Source of the DNA: Octopus sinensis
Taxonomy: Eukaryota
Direction of reading: 5' to 3'
Length of the DNA stretch: 64,000 bases
NCBI RefSeq assembly: GCF_006345805.1
Contig: NC_043022.1
Location: forward strand, 4,836,001-4,900,000
Positions within the stretch are counted from its first letter, which is position 1, and the number at the start of each line of letters is the position of its first letter. Both the position numbers and the translations under genes were made by a program. Of the stretch, positions 51,476-64,000 are shown piece after piece. The notes beneath the pieces were generated by a model, which worked only from the letters and a program-made list of their open reading frames with translations, was not told where the DNA came from and did not search any database.

Positions 51476-52628
51476 GACAGAGTGTTTGTGCCTACACATG
51501 CCAAGTCACCACACAGTGGGACTGAACCCAGTACCATGTGTTTGCAATGTAGTTTGTTACCACACAGCCACACCTGCCCCTATGTATGTGTGTGTGTGTG
51601 TGTGTGTGTGCGTATGTGTGTATGGGTAGATATATTATGCATGTATATATGTGTATATATATATGCGTACATATTACATGTACATCTATATATATACATC
51701 TACACATAAAATACAAAATACAAAGTTATATCTTGATATCGCTAGTGATAACAATACTCAAAATCTATAACAGACTGGAATTGTAGGCCCGTCTCTTACA
51801 ATTTCGATCAATTGGATCTTGTCCTCCCTCTTGTATAGAAGTGTACGGCTGCAGCGAAATTCATTTTTGGACTTTCTTCTATCGAAGGCATTTTAACAAA
51901 AATGCTTCCGTAAAGACGGTGAAAATATTGTCAATTTCCCCAAACAGGGACACAATTCAATTTTTAAACAATAACCAAAGCCCCTTCTCCGAAAGAGGGA
52001 GGGTTACGGTTTACAATTATTTAACAAATGCAACACAACAACGTTTCCCTGACGAGGAACCAACAAACGTGATTACAATAGTCAAACAGTAATAATAATA
52101 ACAACGAACCTTTTTAATTTATCCTCATTTATGTGAAACTACTTATTCAAGTTCAAGTCATTGATGCAATTTTATACGAATTGCTAATACACACACACAC
52201 ACACACATAATAAGGGTGAAAAATTGAATATTAATTTGATTAATATGAATTGAAAACCAGTGGTGTAGCATATAAGACCATAGCGGATCTTCTTCTAGCA
52301 AAAAGGATGACCAGTATTAATGGCTCATCCCTGTTATATAAATACTTTCACTTTAATAGTTTCACACTTGCAAAGAGAAAGTAGGAGAAAGTGTGGTGGT
52401 AATAGCATGAGTAAACCACTTGAAATGAGAGAGGCAAATCATAAAATATTGAGTTTTCTCGAATTTTTGCTTAATTGGGGGTCAAATTGAAGAAACTTTA
52501 CATGCCATGACCCAATCGAATCTACTTGGAAAAATCATAGGTAAATTCCAATTGAAGAAATTCTATATTGTAGAATTGTATTAAAAAGAAACATGGGAAC
52601 AGGCAGAGAAAATCTGCCTTTTATCATA

Positions 52629-52659
<31 letters not shown>

Positions 52660-52662
<3 letters not shown>

Positions 52663-52870
52663 TGTGGCCCAAAAGTCGGTTTACAGTTATCACATAGGCA
52701 CTTTAAATTTCTTTTTAAGCAATTCATTACATTTAAATTTCCATCTTTCAATTAACTAAATTAGCATAGAATAATGGTTTCCTACTTTTTTATAATTAAG
52801 ATCTAAACTGTTAGTATATAAATGAGAAAGAGATAATTGAATGACTGAAAACCTACTTTTGGGCACCCTG
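52660..52870 (+). mobile_element. Tc1/mariner MITE
   Basis: TIRs cagtgtggcccaaaagtcggtttacagt / actgaaaacctacttttgggcaccctg with TA flanks. Confidence 0.8.
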
Positions 52871-53139
52871 TGTACATATATATATATATTGTGTTTGTGT
52901 ATGTGTGTTCATCCGTGTTTGTTCCCCACAGCTGCTTGAAAACCAGTGTTGGTGTGTTTACATCCCTGTGACTTAGCAGTTCAGCAAAATAGACTGATAT
53001 AATCCGTACTAGGCTTTACAAAAAATAAGTCCTGGGGTTGATTCATTCAACTAAAAATTCTTCAAGGCAGTGCCCCAGCATGGCTACAGTCTTATAATTG
53101 AAACAAGTAAAAGATATATATATATATATACATATATCC

Positions 53140-53776
53140 CTGGCCTGGTGGTACGTAAAAAGCACTATCCGACTCGGGGCCGTGGCACGTAAAATACTCC
53201 AATGCGACCGTACGACAGGCACCCATGCCAACCCCCTTTGCTTGTGAAGACATGTTGGGGCAAGCGAAATCGAAATCGAATTGAACCAGCCAGGATCCCT
53301 GTCTGGTGGTACGTAAAAAGCACTATCCGACTCGTGGCCGTGGCACGTAAAATACTCCAATGCGACCGTACGACAGGCACCTTGCCAACCCCCTTTGCTT
53401 GTGAAGACATGTTGGGGCAAGCGAAATCGAAATCGAATGAACCAGCCAGGATCCTGGTCTGGTGGTACGTAAAAAGCACTATCCGACTCGTGGCCGATGC
53501 CAGCACCGCCTCGACTGGCTTCCGTGCCGGTGGCACATAAAATACACCTCTGACCGTGGCCGTTGCCAGCCCCGCCTGGACCTGTGCAGGTGGCACGTAA
53601 AAAGCACCCACTACACTCACGGAGTGGTTGGCGTTAGGAAGGGCATCCAGCTGTAGAAACATTGCCAAATTAGACTGGAGCCTGGTGCAGCCTTCTGGCT
53701 TCCCAGAACCCCGGTCGAACCGTCCAACCCATGCTAGCATGGAGAACGGACGTTAAACGACGATGATGATGATGAT
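53140..53776 (+). mobile_element. Long family D element with an internal ~157-bp tandem repeat
   Basis: ggtggtacgtaaaaagcactatccgactc at 53147, 53305 and 53461; standard 3' end and (GAT)n tail. Confidence 0.85.
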
Positions 53777-53793
53777 ATACACACACACATATA

Positions 53794-54167
53794 TCTATAT
53801 ATATATATATATATAAAGCTGAAGTTGTCTGTGTATGGCAGGTTTGGTAGCCTTCTACTAACACTGTCTTCTCCGAGACCCTGCAATGCAAGTTGACCAA
53901 AATTGAGAGTATGATAGAAGAAGGCTTGCTCTTCCTTTCATAGAAGAAAAAATTCAAATTGGACCTTGTTAAGACTTAAAATTATTTACATCAAAAAGGT
54001 GCTTTTTTTCTATGAAAATCCCTATTTTTTACGATTTTTTGACTGCAGTGTATTTCAACCAGAAAAATGTTCACTTAAAGTGAATAACAAACTACATAAT
54101 GCAAATTTTTTACTTTTCAAAAATTCCAGTTCTAAAGGGTCAGAGCAACGCCGGGCGATGCTGCAAG
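53794..54167 (+). mobile_element. Non-autonomous Helitron, second family sharing the 3' end of 42507-42900
   Basis: 5' TC-(TA)n-aaag; 3' cagagcaacgccgggcgatgctgCAAG resembles cccgagcaatgccgggcaatactgCTAG. Confidence 0.7.
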
Positions 54168-54588
54168 TAAATGTATAAATGTATGTGTGTGTACATGTAT
54201 ATTTATATATATATATGTATATATATATGTATATGCATGTATGTATATATAGATAAAGTACTGGTGGCCTTCTTTAAACTGATATTATTGTCTATAAGGG
54301 CAATGAGAGAGAAGGAAAAGAGAAACAGGAAAAACGAAAAGAAAAAAAGAAAAAAAATCAATAAATTTTTGTTTTTTGATTTTTGGTTCCATAAAGGAAA
54401 AGAAAATCATTTCAGGGAAAAAATGCGACATAAGGGGGAGATGGAAGTAGCGGGGGTGGCATACCACGAGGGACTAGAAAATATCAAAATAAATGAATTC
54501 AATAAATTTAATATGAAAATAAGCTGAAAGGTGACAAGTAAACAATGAAAAACAACATGGTCCCACGATGACGACAACGACCACTACC

Positions 54589-54619
<31 letters not shown>

Positions 54620-55199
54620 CAAACTAAACAGAAGGTTGGAAATTCTTAAGGAGAGTTTTTCTTAGAAAAGAAAAATATAAATACATATATGTGTATTACA
54701 TATATATATGTGTGTATACATATACATATTTATTTATATATATATAAATGTACATACATACATATATGTATATATAATATATCACCGTGATCGACCAGGC
54801 TATCAGATATTGCTACACATCGCTGGTCACAATGCGCTTCATATCATTTTTGCCTTCAAATGACACCACCCCACAGGCCAACAGAAGAAAGAGTGAGAGA
54901 AAGTTGTGGCGAAAGAGTACAGCAGGGATCGCCACCACCCCCTGCTGGAACTTCATGGACCTATAGGTGTTTACGCTCAATAAACACTCACAATGCCCGG
55001 TCTGGGAATCAAACCGCGATCCTACAACCACGAGTCTGCTGCCTTAACTTTGCACTTTTAATCTGTGTGTTTGTCACTTGCTGAGACACACCTGCTGTCC
55101 TGGAGTGAGTGAAAGATAATAGATGTTACAGCATGACTGAACGTTTGGGGCAGGGAAGTAACGAAATATCTTCACGTAATACAACACAGACATTTAAAT

Positions 55200-55460
55200 G
55201 GATAAAGTTTTTCTAAGGATGTGGGCAGCACTTGTCAGCACAATCTTTTGGATTTCTCTGAGACATGCGTCTCCTGGGATGTTATCTAGATGTTTCCAAC
55301 ATCCCTTTTTACCATAGCTAGGGCGCCTACAATAACAGGAACAGTTCTCGCTTTAAGATGCCACATCTTTTGTATTTCAGTTTCCAGGTCCTTATATTTA
55401 CTTAGTTTGTCAAATTCTTTGACAGATATATTTTTAGCAGTGGGGACACTTACATCTGAC
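55200..55460 (-). pseudogene. RLE-type non-LTR retrotransposon endonuclease C-terminal fragment
   Basis: DVSVPTAKNISVKEFDKLSKYKDLETEIQKMWHLKARTVPVIVGAL. Confidence 0.85.
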
Positions 55461-56214
55461 ATCATCATCATTATTAAGGCGGGGAGCTGGCAGTAATTGT
55501 TAGATCACTGGGAAAAATGCTTCCTCGCATTCTATCCATCTTCGCGTTGTGAGTTCAAATTCTGCCGAGGTTGACTTTGTCTCTTCACCTTATTTCACAA
55601 TAATAATATTGCCCAAAGTTTGTGCCTTGGAGAAGAAGTTGCCAGTTGCAGAAGCAGGGACTGGTTATGAATAGACCATGGTTGAATGGTGCCAGGGAGG
55701 GTTGGATTTAGCTGCCGTCTCTAGTAGAGGCTTCCTTATTAGTACATTGTTTGGACTGAAGGTGCATGGTTCAGTGGTTAGAGGTGTTCGGCTCAAGATT
55801 GTAAGGTTGTAGATTCAATTCCCAGTCACACACTGTGCCCTTGAGCAAAACCCTTTATTGCTTGTTACTCCAGTCCACTCATCTTATAAGAATCAAGGGG
55901 CCTGCCTCGTTACAGTCTGTGTTACCCTGAATCTCCCTGAGAACTACATTAAGGGTACACATGTCTGTGGAGTGCTCAGCCACTTGCATATTAATTTCAT
56001 GAGCAGGCTGTTCTGTTGATTGGATCAACTGGGACCCTTGACATCGGAATCGATGGAGGGCCATTTAAATACATTTTAAGGTGTCCTTATGTTGATGGGT
56101 ACCCTATTTCAGTCCAGTGCTGCTTCTGTTCCAACAGATTTTGCTAAGAGAAATCCAGATCATTTGGCCACGTATTCTTCAGGTTGCTTCCCCTTTTTTG
56201 CACCGTTTCTTCAG

Positions 56215-56268
56215 GTGTTTGCCACCATACACCTCCACCATCAACTGTCTCCTCTTTCACACAAACTG
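56215..56268 (+). CDS. Candidate 54-bp exon (alternative acceptor at 56138)
   Basis: cttccccttttttgcaccgtttcttcag| ... CTG|gtaagt; strong splice signals, length divisible by 3, all frames open; product unknown. Confidence 0.35.
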
Positions 56269-56334
56269 GTAAGTAAGTTACTGGGTTCTTCTGTCTTGCG
56301 AGTGGTTGGTAACGCCTTCAGGAACATTCCGTCA

Positions 56335-56365
<31 letters not shown>

Positions 56366-57399
56366 CTCCCTCTGTTGCTTTTTATTTCTGTCAGTAAGTC
56401 TGTCTGTCTGTCTGTTCCTCTTCTCTCTCTCTCTCTCTCTCTCTTCCATTCTTTCATTCAATTCTTTGGTTGTCATCAAGTAGTCAAGAAACGTCTCTTC
56501 ATGTTTATCTGAAGAAACACACACACAAACACACTCTAATACACACACAGACACACACACATGCACATACTCTAATACACATACAGAGACACACACACAC
56601 ACATGCACATACTCTAATACACACACACAGAGACACACACACATACTCTAATACACACACAGAGACACACATACAATGAGAAAGCATTGCAGTTCCATGT
56701 CTAAAAGGGAAGAAGAGGAAACCATTCCCGAAGAACCATTCCTGAAACATTTGCTCAGAGTCAATAGAAATACTTCTTCCATGCAATCACCATTTGTCTT
56801 TTACTCCATGGTTGACGTAGCACATTCTTAACTTTTGATTTCTTCCTTCCTTCCTCTCTCTATCTTATTATTATTACTATTATTATTATTATTATTATTA
56901 TACTACCATTACCATTGTCACCATTCTCCTCCTCCTCACCCTCCTACTTTCATCTCTTTCTTTCTTACTTTCCTCTCTTTCTTCTTTTCCTCCTCCTCCT
57001 CCTCCGCCTCTTTTTTTTCTGTCTCCTCCCCCTCTTTCGTCTTCTTTTTTTTTCATCATTATTATTATTATTACCATTTATTTATTCCTTTATTACCTAT
57101 TTATCTATCTATTTATTCTTTGGCTTCTTCGTGAACCCACACTGAGAACGGTATCAAGACAGTTTACCATTCCACGGGGCGACGACACCCACCCTCGCTC
57201 CTCCCACTCTGTTTCTCCCGCCGCTCCCCACTCCATGTCTTCCATCTGTGATGGAATCACAAGAAGTTGTCATCTATTCAATGTTTGATAACAAAAGCCA
57301 GCTTCTCTCCCACCCCCGCCCCCTCTTCTCCCACCCCCCCAGGCGTCTTCAATTGACATTTAATTTTCAACCGTAAACTATAAATAGTATGTGTTAATA

Positions 57400-57561
57400 T
57401 TTCCTTTTCTTACAACTAATTATATACATATATATACACACACACACATGTATGTATATCTATATGTACATATATATATTTACATACATATGTACATGTA
57501 TTCATGTGTGCATATATGTATACATACATGCATATATATATATATATATATATCTATATAT

Positions 57562-57612
<51 letters not shown>

Positions 57613-57633
57613 ATATATCTATATATCTATCTG

Positions 57634-57666
<33 letters not shown>

Positions 57667-58519
57667 AATATAGATATGTATGTATATATCTATATATCTA
57701 TATCTGTATATATATATATATAGATATGTATGTATATATCTATATCTGTATATATATATATAGATATGTATGTATATATATCTATATATCTATATCTGTA
57801 TATATATATATATAGATATGTATGTATATATCTATATCTGTATATATATATATAGATATGTATGTATATATATCTATATATCTATATCTGTATATATATA
57901 TATATATCTATATATATATATTATACATGCATCCATACATATACACACACACGCATGCGTATATATATATACACACGTATGTAAGTATGTATGTATGTAT
58001 GTATGCTTACACATACATATATACGTATGTACATGTTCATATATACATGCATGTGTGTGTCTATGCATATATGCACACACACACATGCACAACACACACA
58101 CACACACATCTATGTATAAGGTGTTCTGTATTTGCCCGAGGCAAGACACCATTTCATTTCATTCCCTTTATTTACTTTCTGCTTATTTCATTTCTTCATT
58201 TAACCCCCAATGTGAAAATATCTGTGTCTTATGTACACCACACCTTATCTACATACATAGGAAATAACAACACACTATATATATATAGGCTTGTGTGTGT
58301 GTGTGTGAATTCATAATCATGCAAGTATGAACGTGAATGTATATATGTATACACATATGTGTATCTATCTGTCTATCTATTTGTATATCAATCTATCTAT
58401 CTATCTGTCTATCTATCTATCAGTCTGTCTTCCTACTTATCCATCTGTCTGTCTATATATATATACATATGTATATATATATATGTGTGTATGTGTGTCT
58501 ATATATATATACATATGTG

Positions 58520-58600
<81 letters not shown>

Positions 58601-58740
58601 TATACATATATGTGTGTGTGTGTATATATATATACATATATATATATGTGTATATATATATATATTTATATATATATATATATGTATATATATACACATA
58701 CACACACACATACACACATATACACACACACTGTATTTAT
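57400..58740. repeat. Large compound (TA)/(TATC)/(TATG)/(CA) microsatellite region
   Basis: Directly visible; includes repeated 'tatagatatgtatgtatatatctatatctg' blocks. Confidence 0.95.
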
Positions 58741-58894
58741 ATTCACAGGCACTCACATTATGTGTGTGTGTATGTATGCACAAATTTCCCATATTTTCTA
58801 TTTATTTATGCGTTTACTTATTGAATGGCATAACGGGCAAGCTATTTGAAAAATATGAATTATCCACATGAATTGTAATTATTTTTATCTAGCG

Positions 58895-59110
58895 TACAAG
58901 AGAGAAGCCTGCACTGGTATGGCCATGTAATGCGTACGAATAAAGACTGCTGCATGAAGATGTGCTGATCTCTAATTGTTGAAGGAACACATGGAAGGCG
59001 TTGAGCCAGGAGGAGGTGGAGGCACAGCAGTGAGAAAGATCTACGGATGTTGGGACTCACAGAAGGATCACAAGGGACTGAGGCTCCTGGCAGTTTGCTG
59101 TGCTGCCCTT
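58895..59110 (+). pseudogene. RTE LINE C-terminal fragment
   Basis: VQERSLHWYGHVMRT...IVEGTHGRR*...AVRKDLRMLGLT, with stops and frameshifts. Confidence 0.75.
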
Positions 59111-59724
59111 GCATACAGGCTCGTCCCTTGCAACCCCCTCCAGCTGAGCATCCCTAATTTTCTGGGCCTGTAAGCGCTGGTGCCACATAATAAGCACACA
59201 TACCGGTGCTGCATAAAGGCATCCAGTACACACTGTAAAGGGGTTGGCATTGGAAAAGGCATCCAACTGTAGAAAGAGACAGGAAGCCTGAACAGCCCTT
59301 CAGCTGGTTAGGCCCTCTCAAACTGTCCATGGAAAAATGGATGTTAAATGATGATGATGAGGAGGATATATGTATGTGTGCGTGTGTGTATATATATGTA
59401 TAGGAAGGGCATCCAGCTGTAGAGACATTGCCAGATAAGACTGCAGCCTGGTGCAGCCTTCTGGCTTCCCAGATCCACGGTCGAACCGTCCAACCCATGC
59501 TAGCATGGAGAACGGACGTTAAACGATGATGATGATGTATATATAATAAATGCCATTATCATCATCATCATTATCCCGAATAGGATATAAAGCAGATCTC
59601 AGGGGTGGAACAGGATAATAGGATACAAAGCATATCAGTCAGCAAGGTGAAAACAAAGAGGCATTTGAAAATATGACCAAAATATGATTGAAGATTGACA
59701 GAAGATGCTACTAAAGATATAAGA

Positions 59725-59968
59725 CATTACTAAAGACATGATTGAGGATGTGATTGAGGATATGACCAAAGATACGATTGAAGATATGATTGAAGATATG
59801 TCCAAAGATACGATTGAAGATATGATTGTGGATATGATTGAAGATATGATTGAAGATATGACCAAAGATACGATTGAAGATATGTCCAAAGATATGCCCA
59901 AAGTTACGATTGAAGATATGATTGTGGATATGACGAAAGATATCGCCAAAGATATGATTGAAGATATA
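59725..59968. repeat. 12-bp minisatellite (gatatgattgaa variants), about 20 units
   Basis: Units gatatgaccaaa / gatacgattgaa / gatatgtccaaa / gatatgattgtg with the 12-bp phase preserved. Confidence 0.9.
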
Positions 59969-60754
59969 TACTGTATGAAGACAGAACCATTTAAATATTT
60001 CTCCACAATTCCCCTCTTCCATTGGTTATGGGAATCTTTTAGCTCAATCTGATGTAACTTCTATATGATTGCTTGACCTATTCAAAATAACAGCCAAATC
60101 TCCCTCATATCACACTCTACCATCTTACAAAAAAAATGTAAATGTAATAACATATTGGATAATGTAGTCCGAGGTATACAATGCCTTTGAAAAACTAAAT
60201 AGAAAAAAAGAATGTAAAGGGCACGGAAAGTCTTTCATCATGTGTGTCTTTTCCTAATCAGGGTTGACTTGGGGCGAAACAACAACAACAAAAATGCCGC
60301 CAACGACAACAGCAACAACTGAAGAACAAGATTGGAAGCAGTGATGGGGATGGCTTAAGAAAGCAAGTCTGAAGACAGAACCATCTCGAAAGTTAATTAT
60401 GGTGTCACCGAGAAGAACTGGCGGTTGGACCAAAGTTTAATAAAGGTGAGAATCGGTAAACACCTACAAAAGGCAGTGAATGATACAATTAACAGTTTCT
60501 TGTTAATGAGTTAAGGAAAATAGCCCAAAGAGACAAATGAAAACGGATGCCCGAGGAAAAGGAATTAATTGGGGAAATGCTAATGAAGAAATATAATCTG
60601 GAAGTTTGTGTAGAGAAGACATTGTGTGGACATTAATGAGAAGTATTAACGAGGAATTGTTGAAAATTTGTGAAATACAGAGCTACATGTTAGATCAAAC
60701 AGGGGCCAGATATATATATGTACACACACACATGTATTCACGTATAAATATATG

Positions 60755-60788
<34 letters not shown>

Positions 60789-60839
60789 ATGGCTTGATGA
60801 ATGGTTAGTGAGAGCTGTGCAAGCCATGTGAAGCTATAT

Positions 60840-61530
60840 CCCCTTCTATTTCGTCAAGGGCTTCGAGTAACATGTCTCTAAGTCTCTGTCCATTTGCAGG
60901 ATCTTTAAGTCTCCAGATCTTTCTTCTCCTTGCTGGTCGTCTTCTGGGCATCCATTTAGCCCTTACCCAGAAGTCCCTAACTACCAGTCTATGTTATGGG
61001 AGTACATTCTTCACCTGGGAAGGTTTTGGTATTTATAAGCAGCCGTCTTTCCCTTTTTCTGGTGAGGATATAATCAATCTGTCTAGTGTATCTGCCGGAG
61101 CGGTAGGTGACTAGGTGGCTGGCAGGTTTTCTGAAGTTAGTATTGCAAATCATAAGATCATTTGCATCACAGAACTCCAGCAGCCTGGTTCCCTCCTCAT
61201 TGCAAGAGCCAAAACCGTAGCGTCCATCTATGCCATGGAAACCCCCGACATGTTGTCCAACATGTCCATTGAAGTCACCAGCCACAAAGTCACCAGACAG
61301 TATTCTGCAAGAGGGTGTCATAGAATCGGTCTTTCTGTCCATCGGGTAGCCCTGGCTGAGGGGCATAGGCCGAGATAATGGTTGCTAACCCATGGTGGAG
61401 CACTAATCTAATCTTAAGTATTCTGTCGCATACTCTGACTACCTCAATTACCTTATCTACCCATTTCTCCGCAAGAAGTATACCCACACCCCCAACCCTG
61501 TCAGTGTTCCCTGCCCAGAATAAATGTATG
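60840..61530 (-). pseudogene. RTE LINE apurinic endonuclease fragment
   Basis: GGVGILL...DRILKIRL...ISAYAPQ...AGDFNGHVG...NEEGTRLLEFC...NTNF...QIDYIL, with frameshifts. Confidence 0.9.
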
Positions 61531-61927
61531 TGTACACACGTGGGTGTGCAGGCGCACATGTGTAGGTATGATCAAGCTCTTACACGAATACTAAGAACAT
61601 TTTACCCCCTTACTTTACTTAGCGGTCATTCAAATAGCTCTTTTGTCTAAATAGTGGTCAATAACACAGTAATTTCCCTTTGTATACTGGTCATATGTGT
61701 ATCTGTCTGACTGTCTGTCTGTGTGAAACCCTAAAACTTGAGAACTACACAACCAATTTCATTCAAATTTTACACATGCCTTACTTAGGGTCCGGGGAGT
61801 GTCATGGGCAAAAACAATGTTTTACTTCTTGCCTAGGGCGAGCCCACAGCAATATCACATCTTCTCTACTATTTCAGTCTTACATGTTAAAAGTGAAACA
61901 AAAGCATCTCCCTATTGTATGTATATG

Positions 61928-62573
61928 GATGGCCTGGCCTTGGCTGGCTGGCTGGCCCGGTTTTGGATACCTGGCTGGTCCGACCTTGGCATGCTGGCTG
62001 GAAACTTGCTAAGGCTGGCTGGCTGGCTGGCTGGCCTGGTTTTGGATACCTGGATGGTCCGGCCTTGGCTTGTTGGCTGGAAACTGGCCTAGGCTGGCTG
62101 CCTGGCTGGTTCTTGGCTGGCCCGGCCTTCACTTGCTGGCAGGCCTGGCCATGGCTGGCTGGCTGGCCCAGTTTTGGATACCTGGCTGGTCTGGCCTTGG
62201 CTTGCTCGCTGGAAACTTGCTAAGGCTGATGGCTGACCCGGTTTTGGATACCTGGCGGTCCTGGGCTTGGCTTGCTGGTTGGCTGGTTTTTGGCTGCCTG
62301 GCTGGCCGGTTCTTGGCTGCCTGGCTGACCAAGCCTTGGCTTGCTGTCTGGCCCAGTTTGGATATCTGCCTGACCTGGCCTTGGCTTGGTGGCTGGAAAG
62401 TGGCCTAGGCGGGCTGGCTGTCCCAGTTTTGGATACCTGGCTGGTCCTGGACTCGGCTTGCTGGCTGGAAACTTGCCTAGGCTGGCTGGTTGGCCAAGTT
62501 TTGGATACCTGGCTGGTCCCTGGCTTGATTTGCTGGCTGGAAACTGGCCTAGGCTGGCTGGCTGGCCGGTTCT

Positions 62574-62608
<35 letters not shown>

Positions 62609-62698
62609 TCCGGTTTTGGATACCTGGCTGGCCAGGCCTTGGCTTGCTGGCTGGCCCGGCCTTGGTTGGCTGGCCTGGTTTGGATAGCTGGCTGGTCA
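61928..62698. repeat. GGCT-rich compound satellite (~9 units anchored by ttttggatacctgg)
   Basis: Anchor near 61962, 62041, 62172, 62243, 62357, 62427, 62500, 62614 and 62678; alternates with ggctggaaact(t/g)gcctagg modules. Confidence 0.9.
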
Positions 62699-62952
62699 AT
62701 CCATTTGACTAAAATTCTTCAATGCAGTGCCCCAGCATGACCAGTCAAATAACTGGAACAAGTAAAAATATAAATCATGCATAACCACATTTCCTTGAGG
62801 TTTCAATGATGTGATTGTTTATTTTTAGAATGGCATTGTAGGGTAGGTGTGAGAGGCTGGATCTGGGCAATGTGAACATAAATTAAGAAGAATATTTGGG
62901 CAGGATATGGCTAATTTAACCCTTTAAGCATTCAGATTAATCTGTCAAATGT

Positions 62953-63052
62953 NNNNNNNNNNNNNNNNNNNNNNNNNNNNNNNNNNNNNNNNNNNNNNNN
63001 NNNNNNNNNNNNNNNNNNNNNNNNNNNNNNNNNNNNNNNNNNNNNNNNNNNN
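62953..63052. other. Assembly gap (100 N)
   Basis: Run of N. Confidence 1.
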
Positions 63053-63684
63053 CTCCTTCCTACACCACCAATACCACCACCACTATCACCACCATCATCA
63101 CTACCGCTACTACTACTGCCGCCCGTACCAAACTCTAAGACCCTAATCCCAACAAGTTGTTTAGTTCTAAAACTCTCCTAAACAGCTTAGCATTTCTTTA
63201 TTGATTATGGTTTCTGGGGGGGGGGGAAGAATTGGACAAGTTCCCCTCAGGCATTCTGGCTCCCACCTCCAACACATACATATATCTATGTGGGTGGGGG
63301 TGTATGCATATATGCATGTATGTATGCATGCATGTATATATGAACGTGTGTACATATGTGTGTGTGTAAATGTGTGTGTATGTATATACAGTGATACAGA
63401 AAGATGGATAGATAGATAGACATATGTATACACACATACAAACACACACATATATATATATTTATAATTATACATATACATACATTTATATATATGTATG
63501 TATATGCATACACACACACACAAACACATATATACACAGACATGCAAGAAGTATGTAGACACCTTTAATATTCAAAATTTCTGATCTATGCATCTTAATA
63601 TGCTTTCGGCAGTGAAGAATTTACAATGTAATTATTCTTTTTCATTCCAGGTGCCATTAAATTAAACATTTTCGAAGAGTAACC

Positions 63685-64000
63685 TTGCCACGCACAAAAA
63701 TTTCAGCAGAACTGTCAGATTTTCAAAGAGGTCGTATTTTGGGGCAATCTGAGCTGGTCTCAGCCAGCAAAAAATTGCTAAAAATCTTCAAATTCCTCTT
63801 GCTACTGTTTATAGAATTATGGTGCAATTCAAAAGCCAAGGAAAAGAATCAACAGATTCTTGTCCCGACCAACCTGGGCCCTCAGAAAGGAAGCTTCAAT
63901 GTTTGAAGAAAATTGTGGAAAACGAACGCCATTCGAAGGATTCTGACATTGCAAAACAGCTAGAAGTTAGTCCAAGAATGTGGGTTACATATCTGCATAA
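63685..64000 (+). pseudogene. Tc1-family transposase N-terminal HTH fragment (frameshifted, runs off the window)
   Basis: [57 protein letters not shown]...[15 protein letters not shown]. Confidence 0.85.

Noticed and set aside
51780-52090. Possible Helitron 5' region or ORF start
   Set aside because: Only a vague resemblance, with no terminal or domain motif that can be verified.
57378-57387. Perfect MEF2/TATA-like CTATAAATAG
   Set aside because: A single 10-mer in AT-rich DNA without other supporting promoter elements.
60365-60400. CTGAAGA-cagaaccatctc-GAAA hammerhead-like string
   Set aside because: Stem II needs a substitution to close, and no stem I or III pairing is evident.

Overview
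Eukaryotic, very repeat-rich, AT-rich genomic DNA. The SINE families and the microsatellite landscape point to an octopus/coleoid cephalopod (inference from recognised sequence, no database search run). No intact host protein-coding gene can be supported; most ORFs in the track are translation artefacts of (TA)n, (TG)n, (CAT)n and (TAA)n tracts. The window is a graveyard of nested mobile elements: CR1/L2, RTE and RLE-type (R4/Dong-like) LINE fragments; Tc1/mariner (DD37D, mariner, Tc1), hAT, piggyBac, Chapaev-like and Helitron DNA-transposon remnants; and at least four SINE-like families in dozens of copies. It also holds three near-perfect tandem duplications and several satellites, one with higher-order structure. 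The most notable hidden layer is a set of about ten hammerhead-ribozyme-like motifs, in Penelope-like inverted repeats and in a 262-bp tandem repeat resembling a retrozyme; one family carries a recurrent non-canonical core. A 428-bp palindrome lies about 260 bp downstream of a TATA/Inr-like promoter. A few isolated unique segments have good splice signals and may be exons of a long-intron gene. A 100-N gap lies at 62953-63052.
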